Of a stretch of DNA of 49,919 nt, positions 9,102 through 17,600 are shown piece after piece (the first letter of the stretch is position 1; every line of letters starts with the position of its first letter). The notes below the pieces were generated by a model. The model was not told the DNA's origin, did no database searches, and was given only the letters and a program-made list of their open reading frames with translations. Location of the stretch: the NCBI GenBank assembly GCA_002923195.1, contig BDTH01000047.1, positions 1 through 49,919 on the forward strand, read 5' to 3'. The position numbers and the translations under genes were made by a program. The DNA is from a bacterium BMS3Abin15 (GTDB taxonomy: Bacteria > Patescibacteriota > Minisyncoccia > Moranbacterales > 2-12-FULL-40-10).

Positions 9102-10844
9102 GTGAAGGTATTTTTTAAAAAAGGAACTTTTATTGCCTTGCTGGTAGCTGTTATTGCCGTCGGAATTTTTTTGCGCGGCTATAATTTTTCCGACTGGATC
9201 CATTTTGAACTAGACCAGGCAAGAGACGTTTTGGTAATATCGGAAGCGGTTGATAATGGTATAGGCAATTTGCCCCTCTTGGGCCCAAGAGCGGCGGGCA
9301 CTTTTTTACGACTAGGCCCCGCATTTTATTATCTAGAATATATTAGCGCCAAAATATTTGGAAATACTCCTTTCGGAGTAGCTTTTATCATTTTGCTCTT
9401 TTCTATTCTTACACTGCCTCTTTTTTATTTAGTTTGTCGCCGATACTTTAACAAATGGAATTCTTTGGGTCTGCTGTCAATATTTTCTGTTTCAATTTTT
9501 CTCATAATGTATTCCCGCTTCGCCTGGAACCCCAATCTGATTCCTTTTTTTGTGCTGTTGATTTTTTACTCTCTCTTAAGAGTCGTTGACAAGGAAGAAA
9601 AAAAGAGGGATTTATGGATGTATATTTTCGCGGTCTCTCTTGCTATAGCCACCCAGCTTCACTTTCTGGTACTCCTAACTATTCCAGTGGTTTCGGTCGT
9701 ATTCCTGCTAGTTAAACGACCAAGGTTTAGTTGGAAAGTTTGGGCAAGTTCATTTTTAATTGTAATATTTTTCTACTCACCGGTTATAATCAACGAAATA
9801 AAAACGGGAGGCGATAATGCTAAGGAATTTGCTGAAGCGGTTTCGGGCAAGTCACAAAACGAAAAATACAGCGTTATAGAAAAAGCCATCAGAAATTATG
9901 AAGAAAACGCAATTGGAAGTTTTTTAATCTTGAGCGGAGTGGAAAAAGCAGAAGTTGTAAAAGTTAAGACCGCACTTAAGGTTTCCAATGCATTTGAATT
10001 TAAATGCGATAAAGACTGCAGAAAAAATTTACCCTGGAGTATCACGGCTTTTATTGTTTTTTCTCTGGGAATTGTTCTTTTAGTTGTAAGATTAATAAAA
10101 GAAAAGGATGTTAGTCGGAAAAACTTTTTACTCTTTTCATTTCTATGGCTCATTGTATCTTTTATTGTTTTTCTTCCGGTTGCATACGATATTTCTCCCA
10201 GATTCTTTCTTATCACTGCCCCGCTTCCTTTTATTTTTCTCGGACTCATTTTTAATTTTATAACCAAGCTTACAAATAAAGGAAAATGGATTATTATTGC
10301 AATAATAACCGCTTTAATTGTTTCAAATTCACTAGCCATTATGACTCGCTTTTCTCAGCTTAAAAAAGCGCCTCTTGAAAATGTAAAAATAAATCCAGAC
10401 AGAATACTAAAGGAAAGGGCGCGCGTTACGCTTGAACAGCAACAATTAATAGTAAGCTACATTAGCAAAATAGTTGAGAAAAATAATTATCCTGTTTTCT
10501 TGGACAGTGAATCTCAACATGATCGGGCGCTGAAATATATCATTAGAAAGGAAGGAATGGCCGCTAGCAGTGTGAAAACAAGCAAGGTATACAGGAATGG
10601 AAATTACTTTCTTGTTTTCAGAACATCGTCAAACCTTGAGGAAGAAATCGCAAAATATAGCATAGCTTATAAAGTAATAGAAAAGAAAGAATTTGGCACA
10701 CTGATAGTTTTTAGGCTTTTGCCCGAAGAGGAGTCCATAACAGATGTTGACTGGTATTTTTCAGAAGATGACGATAATGACAGATCAGCGCCCGGGGTTC
10801 CTGAGCGCTACAATTGGAATGAGATATTTAGTAAGCCCCGTTAG
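9102..10844 (+). CDS. GT-C (ArnT/PMT-like) membrane glycosyltransferase
   Basis: FELDQARD, PLLGP, YSRFAWNPNLIPFF, ATQLH; multi-TM; GTG start. Confidence 0.8.
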   Translation: MKVFFKKGTFIALLVAVIAVGIFLRGYNFSDWIHFELDQARDVLVISEAVDNGIGNLPLLGPRAAGTFLRLGPAFYYLEYISAKIFGNTPFGVAFIILLFSILTLPLFYLVCRRYFNKWNSLGLLSIFSVSIFLIMYSRFAWNPNLIPFFVLLIFYSLLRVVDKEEKKRDLWMYIFAVSLAIATQLHFLVLLTIPVVSVVFLLVKRPRFSWKVWASSFLIVIFFYSPVIINEIKTGGDNAKEFAEAVSGKSQNEKYSVIEKAIRNYEENAIGSFLILSGVEKAEVVKVKTALKVSNAFEFKCDKDCRKNLPWSITAFIVFSLGIVLLVVRLIKEKDVSRKNFLLFSFLWLIVSFIVFLPVAYDISPRFFLITAPLPFIFLGLIFNFITKLTNKGKWIIIAIITALIVSNSLAIMTRFSQLKKAPLENVKINPDRILKERARVTLEQQQLIVSYISKIVEKNNYPVFLDSESQHDRALKYIIRKEGMAASSVKTSKVYRNGNYFLVFRTSSNLEEEIAKYSIAYKVIEKKEFGTLIVFRLLPEEESITDVDWYFSEDDDNDRSAPGVPERYNWNEIFSKPR

Positions 10845-10941
10845 AAAAGTCTGCCTTTATAATAAAAGTCTGTAATTGAATATTGAGTTAAGTCCTGTAT
10901 TTGCTGTAATAAAATTCAAACCCCGGGCTATTCTAACGGGG
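10836..10941. mobile_element. MITE-like element (CCCCGTTAGA subfamily) overlapping the stop codon of the upstream gene
   Basis: CCCCGTTAGAA ... TTCTAACGGGG; flanks TAAG/TAAA. Confidence 0.75.
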
Positions 10942-10968
10942 TAAATAACGCGCACTCTGCAAATAAAA

Positions 10969-11595
10969 ATGACTAGAACGGAAAAAATATTACATTACAT
11001 ATCAATAGTACTGAAGGTCTTTATTGGAGTTTTGGTTTTGATTAGTGTATGGAGACAAGACTACTTTTTAGCTGTCGTGTCGCTGTTCATTTTATTTTTT
11101 ACTTTCCTTCCGGCAATTGTCAGTAGGAGCTTTAAAATTAATCTGCCGGTTGAAATTGATTTCTTATTAACAATTATTCTCTATACATCCTATGGACTGG
11201 GAGAATATGGCGGTTTTTATGTGAGGTTTTTTTGGTGGGATTTATTTTTACATGCTGGGTATAGCCTTATCCTTGGAATGGTGGGATTTATTTTTGCCTA
11301 CTCACTTTTAATAACCAGTCGGATTAAAGCCAAGCCATTATTCATTGCTTTATTTGCCGTATCATTTGCCGTATTCGCCGGAGTTGTATGGGAAATTTTT
11401 GAATTCAGTATGGATCAAGTTTTCGGGCTTACTATGCAGAAGAGTGGATTAGTGGACACAATGACCGACTTATTAGTTGATTCTATAGGAGCGATAACAA
11501 TCGGCTTAATTGGATTTTTCTATATAAAAAATCCCAAACCGGGAATTATTCACAGTATCGTTACTAAGTTTGTGGATATAAAAGACAGAGACTAG
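10969..11595 (+). CDS. Membrane protein, DUF2238/YjdF-like
   Basis: WWDLFLH, WEIFEF and DTMTDLL motif pattern; ~6 TM. Confidence 0.65.
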   Translation: MTRTEKILHYISIVLKVFIGVLVLISVWRQDYFLAVVSLFILFFTFLPAIVSRSFKINLPVEIDFLLTIILYTSYGLGEYGGFYVRFFWWDLFLHAGYSLILGMVGFIFAYSLLITSRIKAKPLFIALFAVSFAVFAGVVWEIFEFSMDQVFGLTMQKSGLVDTMTDLLVDSIGAITIGLIGFFYIKNPKPGIIHSIVTKFVDIKDRD

Positions 11596-11646
11596 GCACT
11601 CCCATGCTGATAATAAAAATGGCTCAAATAAGCTATTTAAACGCTA

Positions 11647-11675
11647 TTGACAGAAAAGTTATTATGCTATAGTAT
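11647..11675 (+). promoter_or_regulatory. Putative sigma70 promoter of the NYN gene
   Basis: TTGACA-17 nt-TAGTAT. Confidence 0.6.
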
Positions 11676-11689
11676 TACATTACAAAGTC

Positions 11690-11724
11690 TCCTGCGCCTG
11701 CTTCGGCAGTGTGCAGGATTTTTT
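11690..11724 (+). promoter_or_regulatory. Terminator-like C(UUCG)G hairpin in the 5' leader of the NYN gene
   Basis: TCCTGCGC-CTGC-TTCG-GCAG-T-GTGCAGGA followed by a T tract, between promoter and ATG 11745. Confidence 0.6.
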
Positions 11725-11744
11725 ATTTATGTTAAACTGATTTT

Positions 11745-12395
11745 ATGAAGAAAGAACGAGTGCAAATTTTTATTGATGGTGGCAATTTTTATCACCTTGC
11801 TTTAAAGAAGATTGGAACTAATGAAGTTGGTTTTTCGTTTGAAGATTTCGCTAGCTTTCTTGCTAATAACAGGGAAATTGTTAATTTAGGAAGGAGATAC
11901 TATATAGGAACAGTTAGGGAACAGGAAGGAGACCCTAGAAGCAAAAAAGCAATGTCGAAGCAGACAAAATTATTTACGATTCTCAAATCGACCGGCTGGG
12001 AAATAAAAACAAGTAAGTTGAGGTTTAGAACAGAAAGAATAAGAATAGATAACAGGGTAATTAATTATCAAGAACTTCAGAAAAAGGGGATAAAAGAAGT
12101 TGTGATAAGAACCAAAAGAGAAAAAGGAATAGATGTAAAACTCGCTACCGATTTAATAGTTGGGGCAGTGGACGATAAATATGACGTGGCAATTATTGTT
12201 AGTTCTGATAGCGATTTAGTCCCTGCGATAGACTGGGTTAGAGCTAGAAAAAATAAGAAAGTTGAATATATCGGCTTCTCGATGATTGATAATAAAAACA
12301 AAAAAGAGAACTCCAAGCCTTTGCAAACCATGATTGCTCGTACTGACGTTCAGAGAATATTAGTTGAATCAGATTTGAGAAAATTTATTAAATAA
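11745..12395 (+). CDS. NYN-domain (LabA/DUF88, PIN-like) ribonuclease
   Basis: IFIDGGN, EKGIDVKLATD and SSDSDLVP acidic motifs. Confidence 0.9.
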   Translation: MKKERVQIFIDGGNFYHLALKKIGTNEVGFSFEDFASFLANNREIVNLGRRYYIGTVREQEGDPRSKKAMSKQTKLFTILKSTGWEIKTSKLRFRTERIRIDNRVINYQELQKKGIKEVVIRTKREKGIDVKLATDLIVGAVDDKYDVAIIVSSDSDLVPAIDWVRARKNKKVEYIGFSMIDNKNKKENSKPLQTMIARTDVQRILVESDLRKFIK

Positions 12396-12404
12396 TTATT
12401 AATA

Positions 12405-12716
12405 ATGTATATATGTATGGAAAATAATCAAAACCATAAAAATCTTTCGTCGAATGATAAGTGGAGTAAAAAGAAAACTTGGTCTGTGTTGTTCGGGATT
12501 ATCATGGCGGTACCTTTTATAATAATTATATCTCAATTTATACCAATGGATAGCATAGATCAATACATGGAAGATCATCCGAAAACTGAAAAGACAATAT
12601 TAGGAGGAGTATCTCTTATGGTCTTATATGTAGGGCTGAGAATTATGGGATATTTCAAAAAACAGAGAGAATTTGAAGATTGGATAGATAAGGAAGCAAA
12701 AAAATATAAGAAATAA
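12405..12716 (+). CDS. Hypothetical membrane protein (2 TM; start may be 12417)
   Basis: ORF with two hydrophobic segments. Confidence 0.65.
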   Translation: MYICMENNQNHKNLSSNDKWSKKKTWSVLFGIIMAVPFIIIISQFIPMDSIDQYMEDHPKTEKTILGGVSLMVLYVGLRIMGYFKKQREFEDWIDKEAKKYKK

Positions 12717-12780
12717 TTTTATACAATTTTTAACACTTACCTGAATTTAATCTAACACAATGGCCGCTCTGCTATAGGTA

Positions 12781-14241
12781 CTATTTTTTAGAAGCTAGTT
12801 TTTTAAGAAGATCCAGGTCTTCTTTTTTTATTTCTTGAAGGATGTATAGGATCAAAAGATAGAAAGCAGTCAAAACAATGCTCCAAACAACGAACATCAA
12901 ATTTTGTGATGGGAAAAAGAAGGATAGCGAATACATCAGGAGTGTGGCAATTAGCATTTTAAGTAAGCTGGTTAATTTTATCAGGCCTTGAAAATGGCGG
13001 TGAATGTAGAAAAGCATTGTTGCCATTATAAAAACTGAAACAATGGAAGTGGCAATGGCTGATCCCATAATCCCATGTGTTTGGATTAAAACATAATTAA
13101 GCATAATCTTAGCTATCATTCCCACAAGCGCAATGTACATTGGAATTCTGACCAATCCTGCGCCATTAAAAACAAAACTCATTACGTAAAAGACAGTCAG
13201 AAATCCTACGCCGAAAACCAAGACTTGCATTGGCGGGACTGCTTGTTCATAGCCGGCTCCGTAAAAAATATTGATTATTGGTTCGGCATAAACAAACATA
13301 AGGATAGTTATGGGAAGCAGAAGCATTATCATGAATCGCAGTGACTGACTTATTACTTTTTTTGTTTCTTTTATGTCATTTTGAAACGTTGTTTTAGAAA
13401 TAGTTGGTAGGAGAACAATGGTCAGTGCGTAGAAAAGATAATAAGGTATTCGTCCGATAGTTAGCGCTCCATTATAAATTCCAGTCAAGAAATCGTTTTG
13501 AAGCATGGCTTTTACAAAATATAGGTCCACAGTAATTAATATTTCATAAAAAAGCATAAAAAGAGTGATTGGCCAGGCGTAGCTTATCAGTTTATGCCAG
13601 TCGAAATCGTAGTCCTTATTGTCAAAGAATTTTTTTGATATCCATACTTTATCAATAATCCAGGCGACAAAAAATACTAATAGGGGAGCGGCAATGTATC
13701 CGATAACAGATCCTTTTACTTTGAATAAATAAGCCAGTCCGATTATGAACATTATCTTAGCAACAGAACGGACGACTTTTAAAGCCGACTGCACATTAAA
13801 TCGGTGAATTCCGGTGTAATAATAAAAGTAAAATGAAGCGGCGGCAAAAGCGGGGATGATGAGGGATGATAATCTGAAAAGCGGAGTGAGAGTCGGGTCT
13901 TTCAAAGCCAGGGCTATCACCGGCGCCAATAAATAGAAAATAATCGTAATTGAGCTAATTAAAATTGTCTGGGCTATTATCGCTTGTTTCTTAATCAGCC
14001 TGACCAGTCCGGGCTTGGTGTCGGAAATCTCGCTGATGTACTTATTCATAGCCGAAGGGATTCCCCGGCCAATAAGCATTATAATCATCGTAGTAAGCGT
14101 TATTACCAGTCCGTAGCGGCCGTATTCGGCGGGACCTAAAATCCGTCCCACCCCGGAGTGGACGATATAGCCGGAAAGATTAAATATTATCTCGGCCGCT
14201 GTCAGCCAAAAAACCGATTTTACAATATGTTGTCTAGGCAT
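12781..14241 (-). CDS. Polysaccharide flippase (Wzx/MurJ-like MOP exporter)
   Basis: GRILGPAEYGRYG, YAWPI, GIYNGA and GIMGSAIAT pattern; multi-pass (12-14 TM expected for the family). Confidence 0.9.
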   Translation of the reverse strand: MPRQHIVKSVFWLTAAEIIFNLSGYIVHSGVGRILGPAEYGRYGLVITLTTMIIMLIGRGIPSAMNKYISEISDTKPGLVRLIKKQAIIAQTILISSITIIFYLLAPVIALALKDPTLTPLFRLSSLIIPAFAAASFYFYYYTGIHRFNVQSALKVVRSVAKIMFIIGLAYLFKVKGSVIGYIAAPLLVFFVAWIIDKVWISKKFFDNKDYDFDWHKLISYAWPITLFMLFYEILITVDLYFVKAMLQNDFLTGIYNGALTIGRIPYYLFYALTIVLLPTISKTTFQNDIKETKKVISQSLRFMIMLLLPITILMFVYAEPIINIFYGAGYEQAVPPMQVLVFGVGFLTVFYVMSFVFNGAGLVRIPMYIALVGMIAKIMLNYVLIQTHGIMGSAIATSIVSVFIMATMLFYIHRHFQGLIKLTSLLKMLIATLLMYSLSFFFPSQNLMFVVWSIVLTAFYLLILYILQEIKKEDLDLLKKLASKK

Positions 14242-14272
14242 AAAAAATGGTAACTAGTAATTAGTAACTGAT

Positions 14273-14896
14273 TTAGGATATTAAATTCTTAAGCTCATTG
14301 AAAATTTCTTCCTTAATCCTGTCCCCATTAATGACTTTAAGGTTATATTTTTCTATACTGCCGTCAAATAATTCCTTTTTCTTTTTCAGATAATTTAGTC
14401 CCTGATCAGGCACGCAGTCGCGCTGTATAATTTTATCCGGATCAGTTTGGAGATAGATAGCAAAGTCGGGCTTGATAACTTTCTTAACCCACCTGTCATC
14501 CTGAACTTGATTCAGGATCTCAGGAGATTCCGGATCAAGTCTGGAATGACACAAGGATAGATAATTTATATTTATAACCGTGTCATAAAAATATCGGTCG
14601 CTAAGCATATAGTCGTAATTTTTGTTACTTAACTTGTTCAGTAACATTTTAAATCTTAATAAGTCAATATGTAGGGCGATTTTGCGCAAAAATATTTTTA
14701 GCCAGCCGGCTTTCTTAATGCTTATTTCTCTTCCGCCAGAATCCTTCTTTTTTCCTAAAATTTTATTAGCAATACCAAAATCAATTGCATGGAAATAAAA
14801 AACCCGCTTTCCCTGCGATTCTAAATAATCTTTTAATAATTGTGCCTGGGTTGATTTTCCGGATCCGTCTATGCCCGATATGGTTATTAATTTCAT
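14273..14896 (-). CDS. Thymidylate-kinase-like P-loop kinase with in-frame palindromic insertion
   Basis: ISGIDGSGKSTQ P-loop, LSDRYFYD motif; insertion CHSRLDPESPEILNQVQDD. Confidence 0.8.
   Translation of the reverse strand: MKLITISGIDGSGKSTQAQLLKDYLESQGKRVFYFHAIDFGIANKILGKKKDSGGREISIKKAGWLKIFLRKIALHIDLLRFKMLLNKLSNKNYDYMLSDRYFYDTVININYLSLCHSRLDPESPEILNQVQDDRWVKKVIKPDFAIYLQTDPDKIIQRDCVPDQGLNYLKKKKELFDGSIEKYNLKVINGDRIKEEIFNELKNLIS
14494..14551. repeat. TGTCAT...ATGACA double-hairpin repeat, in frame in the kinase gene
   Basis: TGTCATCCTGAACTTGATTCAGGATCTC-AGGA-GATTCCGGATCAAGTCTGGAATGACA; intergenic relative at 21542-21596. Confidence 0.8.
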
Positions 14897-15099
14897 CAGC
14901 CTATGTTATAATGTATGTGTGAATAATATCAAATTTAATTAGCTTAATCAATACTTTAATCTTAATAAAAAAAACTAAGGTAGTGCTAAGAAAGACACGA
15001 GATTCAATAGAATTAAAATAAAAATAAAGCTAATTTGATAAAAACGAGTTAAATAGTGTTGTAGAGTAACTATAATACAATAATTAGTGAAATGCTTTT

Positions 15100-15573
15100 A
15101 TGACAGTCAATTTTACAACCGACGAGAAAAAATTAATTAAACATGCCAAAAAAGCAATCGTCAAATACAATAAAATGCGCCACAAAAAAGGAAGTGTTGA
15201 TACGCTATATTCTTTTTTGATGTCAGATAGCGGAAAAATACATAACGGTGCTTGCTTTGAGCCAAATATTGCACAGGCAACCATTTGCGGTGAGAGACAC
15301 GCAATAGCAAGTATGGTTTTAGATGAATCCTATAATGCCAAAATAAAATATATAGTTGTCGCAGACCCAGTTCCAGAAGTGCAAGAAAATAGCACTCCCC
15401 CTTGTGGTACATGCAGGCACATTATTTGGCAATTTGGCACATCCAAAACCTCGGTCATTTGTATGCAATATATACAACGCAAAAATGACTGGATTTTTCC
15501 TAAAGCAGAAAAATATTTTATTAAAGATCTGTATCCATATCCGTATGAGCCCAAAGAAGATTTATGGAAGTAA
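15100..15573 (+). CDS. cdd: Cytidine deaminase family protein
   Basis: ICGERHAI and PPCGTCR zinc-binding motifs of tetrameric CDA. Confidence 0.85.
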   Translation: MTVNFTTDEKKLIKHAKKAIVKYNKMRHKKGSVDTLYSFLMSDSGKIHNGACFEPNIAQATICGERHAIASMVLDESYNAKIKYIVVADPVPEVQENSTPPCGTCRHIIWQFGTSKTSVICMQYIQRKNDWIFPKAEKYFIKDLYPYPYEPKEDLWK

Positions 15574-15691
15574 ATTACTTGCCAGCATTATATATCCTAA
15601 AACGCTAGACAAAAATAAAAAAATCCTTGAATTCCCTCCAAGGGCGGGCAAAGAAAACAGTGATTTTTTTTAACACTCTAATATTTCGGAT

Positions 15692-15727
15692 ACTCCCACT
15701 TCAATCCTCTCCCAAGGGGAGAGAAGC
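15692..15727. repeat. CCTCTCCC/GGGGAGAG hairpin repeat just past the rtcB-like stop codon
   Basis: ACTCCCACTTCAATCCTCTCCCAAGGGGAGAGAAGC. Confidence 0.55.
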
Positions 15728-15728
15728 G

Positions 15729-17225
15729 CTAATACATCAGCACTGCTACCGGCTGCATCTTGGCTACCGACTTTATGATTTTATTAGCTTCCATCCCGGA
15801 AATTACTTCTTCAATATCCTTATAATACCCGCTGTCTTGCAAGATTACGCCTTTAGATTTAGCGTTGTATAATTTAACGTTGCTTTTCTCAACTCTCTCT
15901 CGCAACTCTTTCTTATTCCGGGGAACATCTTTTCCTGCATCTCTTTTCCTCCCCGTTCCGTGTCCGGCAGAGAAGAATGAAGAAGTATTTTGATCAGTCC
16001 CTACTCCTATATAGGCGGGAGTACTCATTGAAGAGGGAATAAAAACTGGTTCTCCTGTAGATGAAAATACCGGATGGTCACTCATCATTTTTGGTCCGTA
16101 GGCGCGAACCGCTCCGTTTCTATGAACCCATACATCCTCGTTGAAATGCTTTTCTTTGTTAATGGAAATGTGAGAAATATCATAGAGCAGATCCAGATTA
16201 ATTTGCTTTCCAAATACCTTTTCCAAGGTCTGGTCTAAATTGTGGGTTATTACAGCTCTATTGGCGAATCCAAAATTAGCCACCGCTTTGTGAGCTCTAA
16301 TAAACATTCTTCCTTCCAGGCTTTGATCGTCATAACCGAAAAATTCATCCTTATTTTGATAGTCTTTTATTTTTCCTGACAGATGATTGTACACAGGCTT
16401 CATCTGGCTTCCGAAAAAAGTCGTTCCGATTTTGAGCATTATCTTCTGGCTCAAATGTTCCTTAGTCTTAGGAGTGTACATGTAGGAAGCATATTGTCCT
16501 AAAAGACCGGAACCAGTATGGATCATGAAAATATACTGACCTTCCTTTACTCCAAGTTTTTCAGCGGTAACGGTGTCTTTTATTTCTGTTATTTTCATCA
16601 AGTCCAAAAAGTGATTGCCAGCGGCGCCCAAAATCCCCAGCCGATATCTGCCTATTTTGAAAAAGAATTTGGGAATTACGTCAAGAATTTCACGTCGAGT
16701 AGTTTCCGGATCAGAGAAATTTCCATTATGAGAAGTGTTTTCAATTTCATTTTGTATCCTAGTTTTAAAATGTTCTTTAAGCGGAGCAATCCCTTTTTGT
16801 CCGATATCAATCGCCAAATCATACGGTATTTTAGTGCCGACATACTTTTTGGTTGGTATTGCTTTAACGAGCTCCTGAAAAAGTTCGTCTATTTTTTCCG
16901 GACTCGTATTTTCGTCTAAGTCGGTTTTAATAAATCTCATTCCGCAATTGGGAGCGGTATCATTGATTTGAGGAAATAAGAAATTTTTGCTGGCCACGGC
17001 TGTTCCAGTAGGATTTTTGCGTCCCGGCTTAGGATGAACGTCACTCATAGCGGCAATGTGATGGAATAAACGATCATCTTTGGCTAGATTTTCCAACTGA
17101 CTGAAGGTTTCTTCATTAGGCAACAGTTCGTCAGAAGCATGGAAAACAACCGGCACTTTCATCTTGTCGGTCTTAAACTCTTTTTTATTTGGGGATATTG
17201 CGGATAACTCTTTTCGCATATTCAA
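15729..17225 (-). CDS. rtcB: Divergent RtcB-family (RNA-splicing ligase fold) protein
   Basis: SDVH, NCG, GNHFLD, HTGS, DISH, VHRNGA, PSSM, AGHGTGR and YKDI align in order with RtcB motifs. Confidence 0.85.
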   Translation of the reverse strand: MNMRKELSAISPNKKEFKTDKMKVPVVFHASDELLPNEETFSQLENLAKDDRLFHHIAAMSDVHPKPGRKNPTGTAVASKNFLFPQINDTAPNCGMRFIKTDLDENTSPEKIDELFQELVKAIPTKKYVGTKIPYDLAIDIGQKGIAPLKEHFKTRIQNEIENTSHNGNFSDPETTRREILDVIPKFFFKIGRYRLGILGAAGNHFLDLMKITEIKDTVTAEKLGVKEGQYIFMIHTGSGLLGQYASYMYTPKTKEHLSQKIMLKIGTTFFGSQMKPVYNHLSGKIKDYQNKDEFFGYDDQSLEGRMFIRAHKAVANFGFANRAVITHNLDQTLEKVFGKQINLDLLYDISHISINKEKHFNEDVWVHRNGAVRAYGPKMMSDHPVFSSTGEPVFIPSSMSTPAYIGVGTDQNTSSFFSAGHGTGRKRDAGKDVPRNKKELRERVEKSNVKLYNAKSKGVILQDSGYYKDIEEVISGMEANKIIKSVAKMQPVAVLMY

Positions 17226-17302
17226 AAACGTGGTATTATTATTATCAGTTCTTTGAATCTAAAAATAAATATAAAAATAAAATTTTTTACGGAGGTATGA
17301 TT

Positions 17303-17548
17303 ATGGCTAAGGATAAAGAATGTTGTGGAGAATGTGTTTTTCTGAAAGGAGAAAATCCAAGTCCTAAAAAAATTATTGAATGTGGAAATTGTGAAATTCT
17401 ACAGACCTTGGTTTTACCAAGATTCTGCGCTTTACGGGAAGATCCGCACAGATTGGAAATTTGCAAGTCTACAACTGAAAAGGGTGATATTGCAAAGTGT
17501 TTTGATTGTTGGGGAGCTTTTTTCAGAAGGGACCCAGTTGAAGCTTAA
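17303..17548 (+). CDS. Cys-rich 81-aa protein (start moved to MAKDK)
   Basis: GGAGGT SD; 9 Cys including CCGEC, CGNC and CFDC; own terminator. Confidence 0.7.
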   Translation: MAKDKECCGECVFLKGENPSPKKIIECGNCEILQTLVLPRFCALREDPHRLEICKSTTEKGDIAKCFDCWGAFFRRDPVEA

Positions 17549-17566
17549 TGAGTTTTATTTTTATCG

Positions 17567-17600
17567 GAGCCTGCAGATTTATCTGTCGGGCTCTTTTTTT
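17567..17600 (+). terminator. Rho-independent terminator
   Basis: GAGCCTGCAGAT-TT-ATCTGTCGGGCTC followed by T7. Confidence 0.7.
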
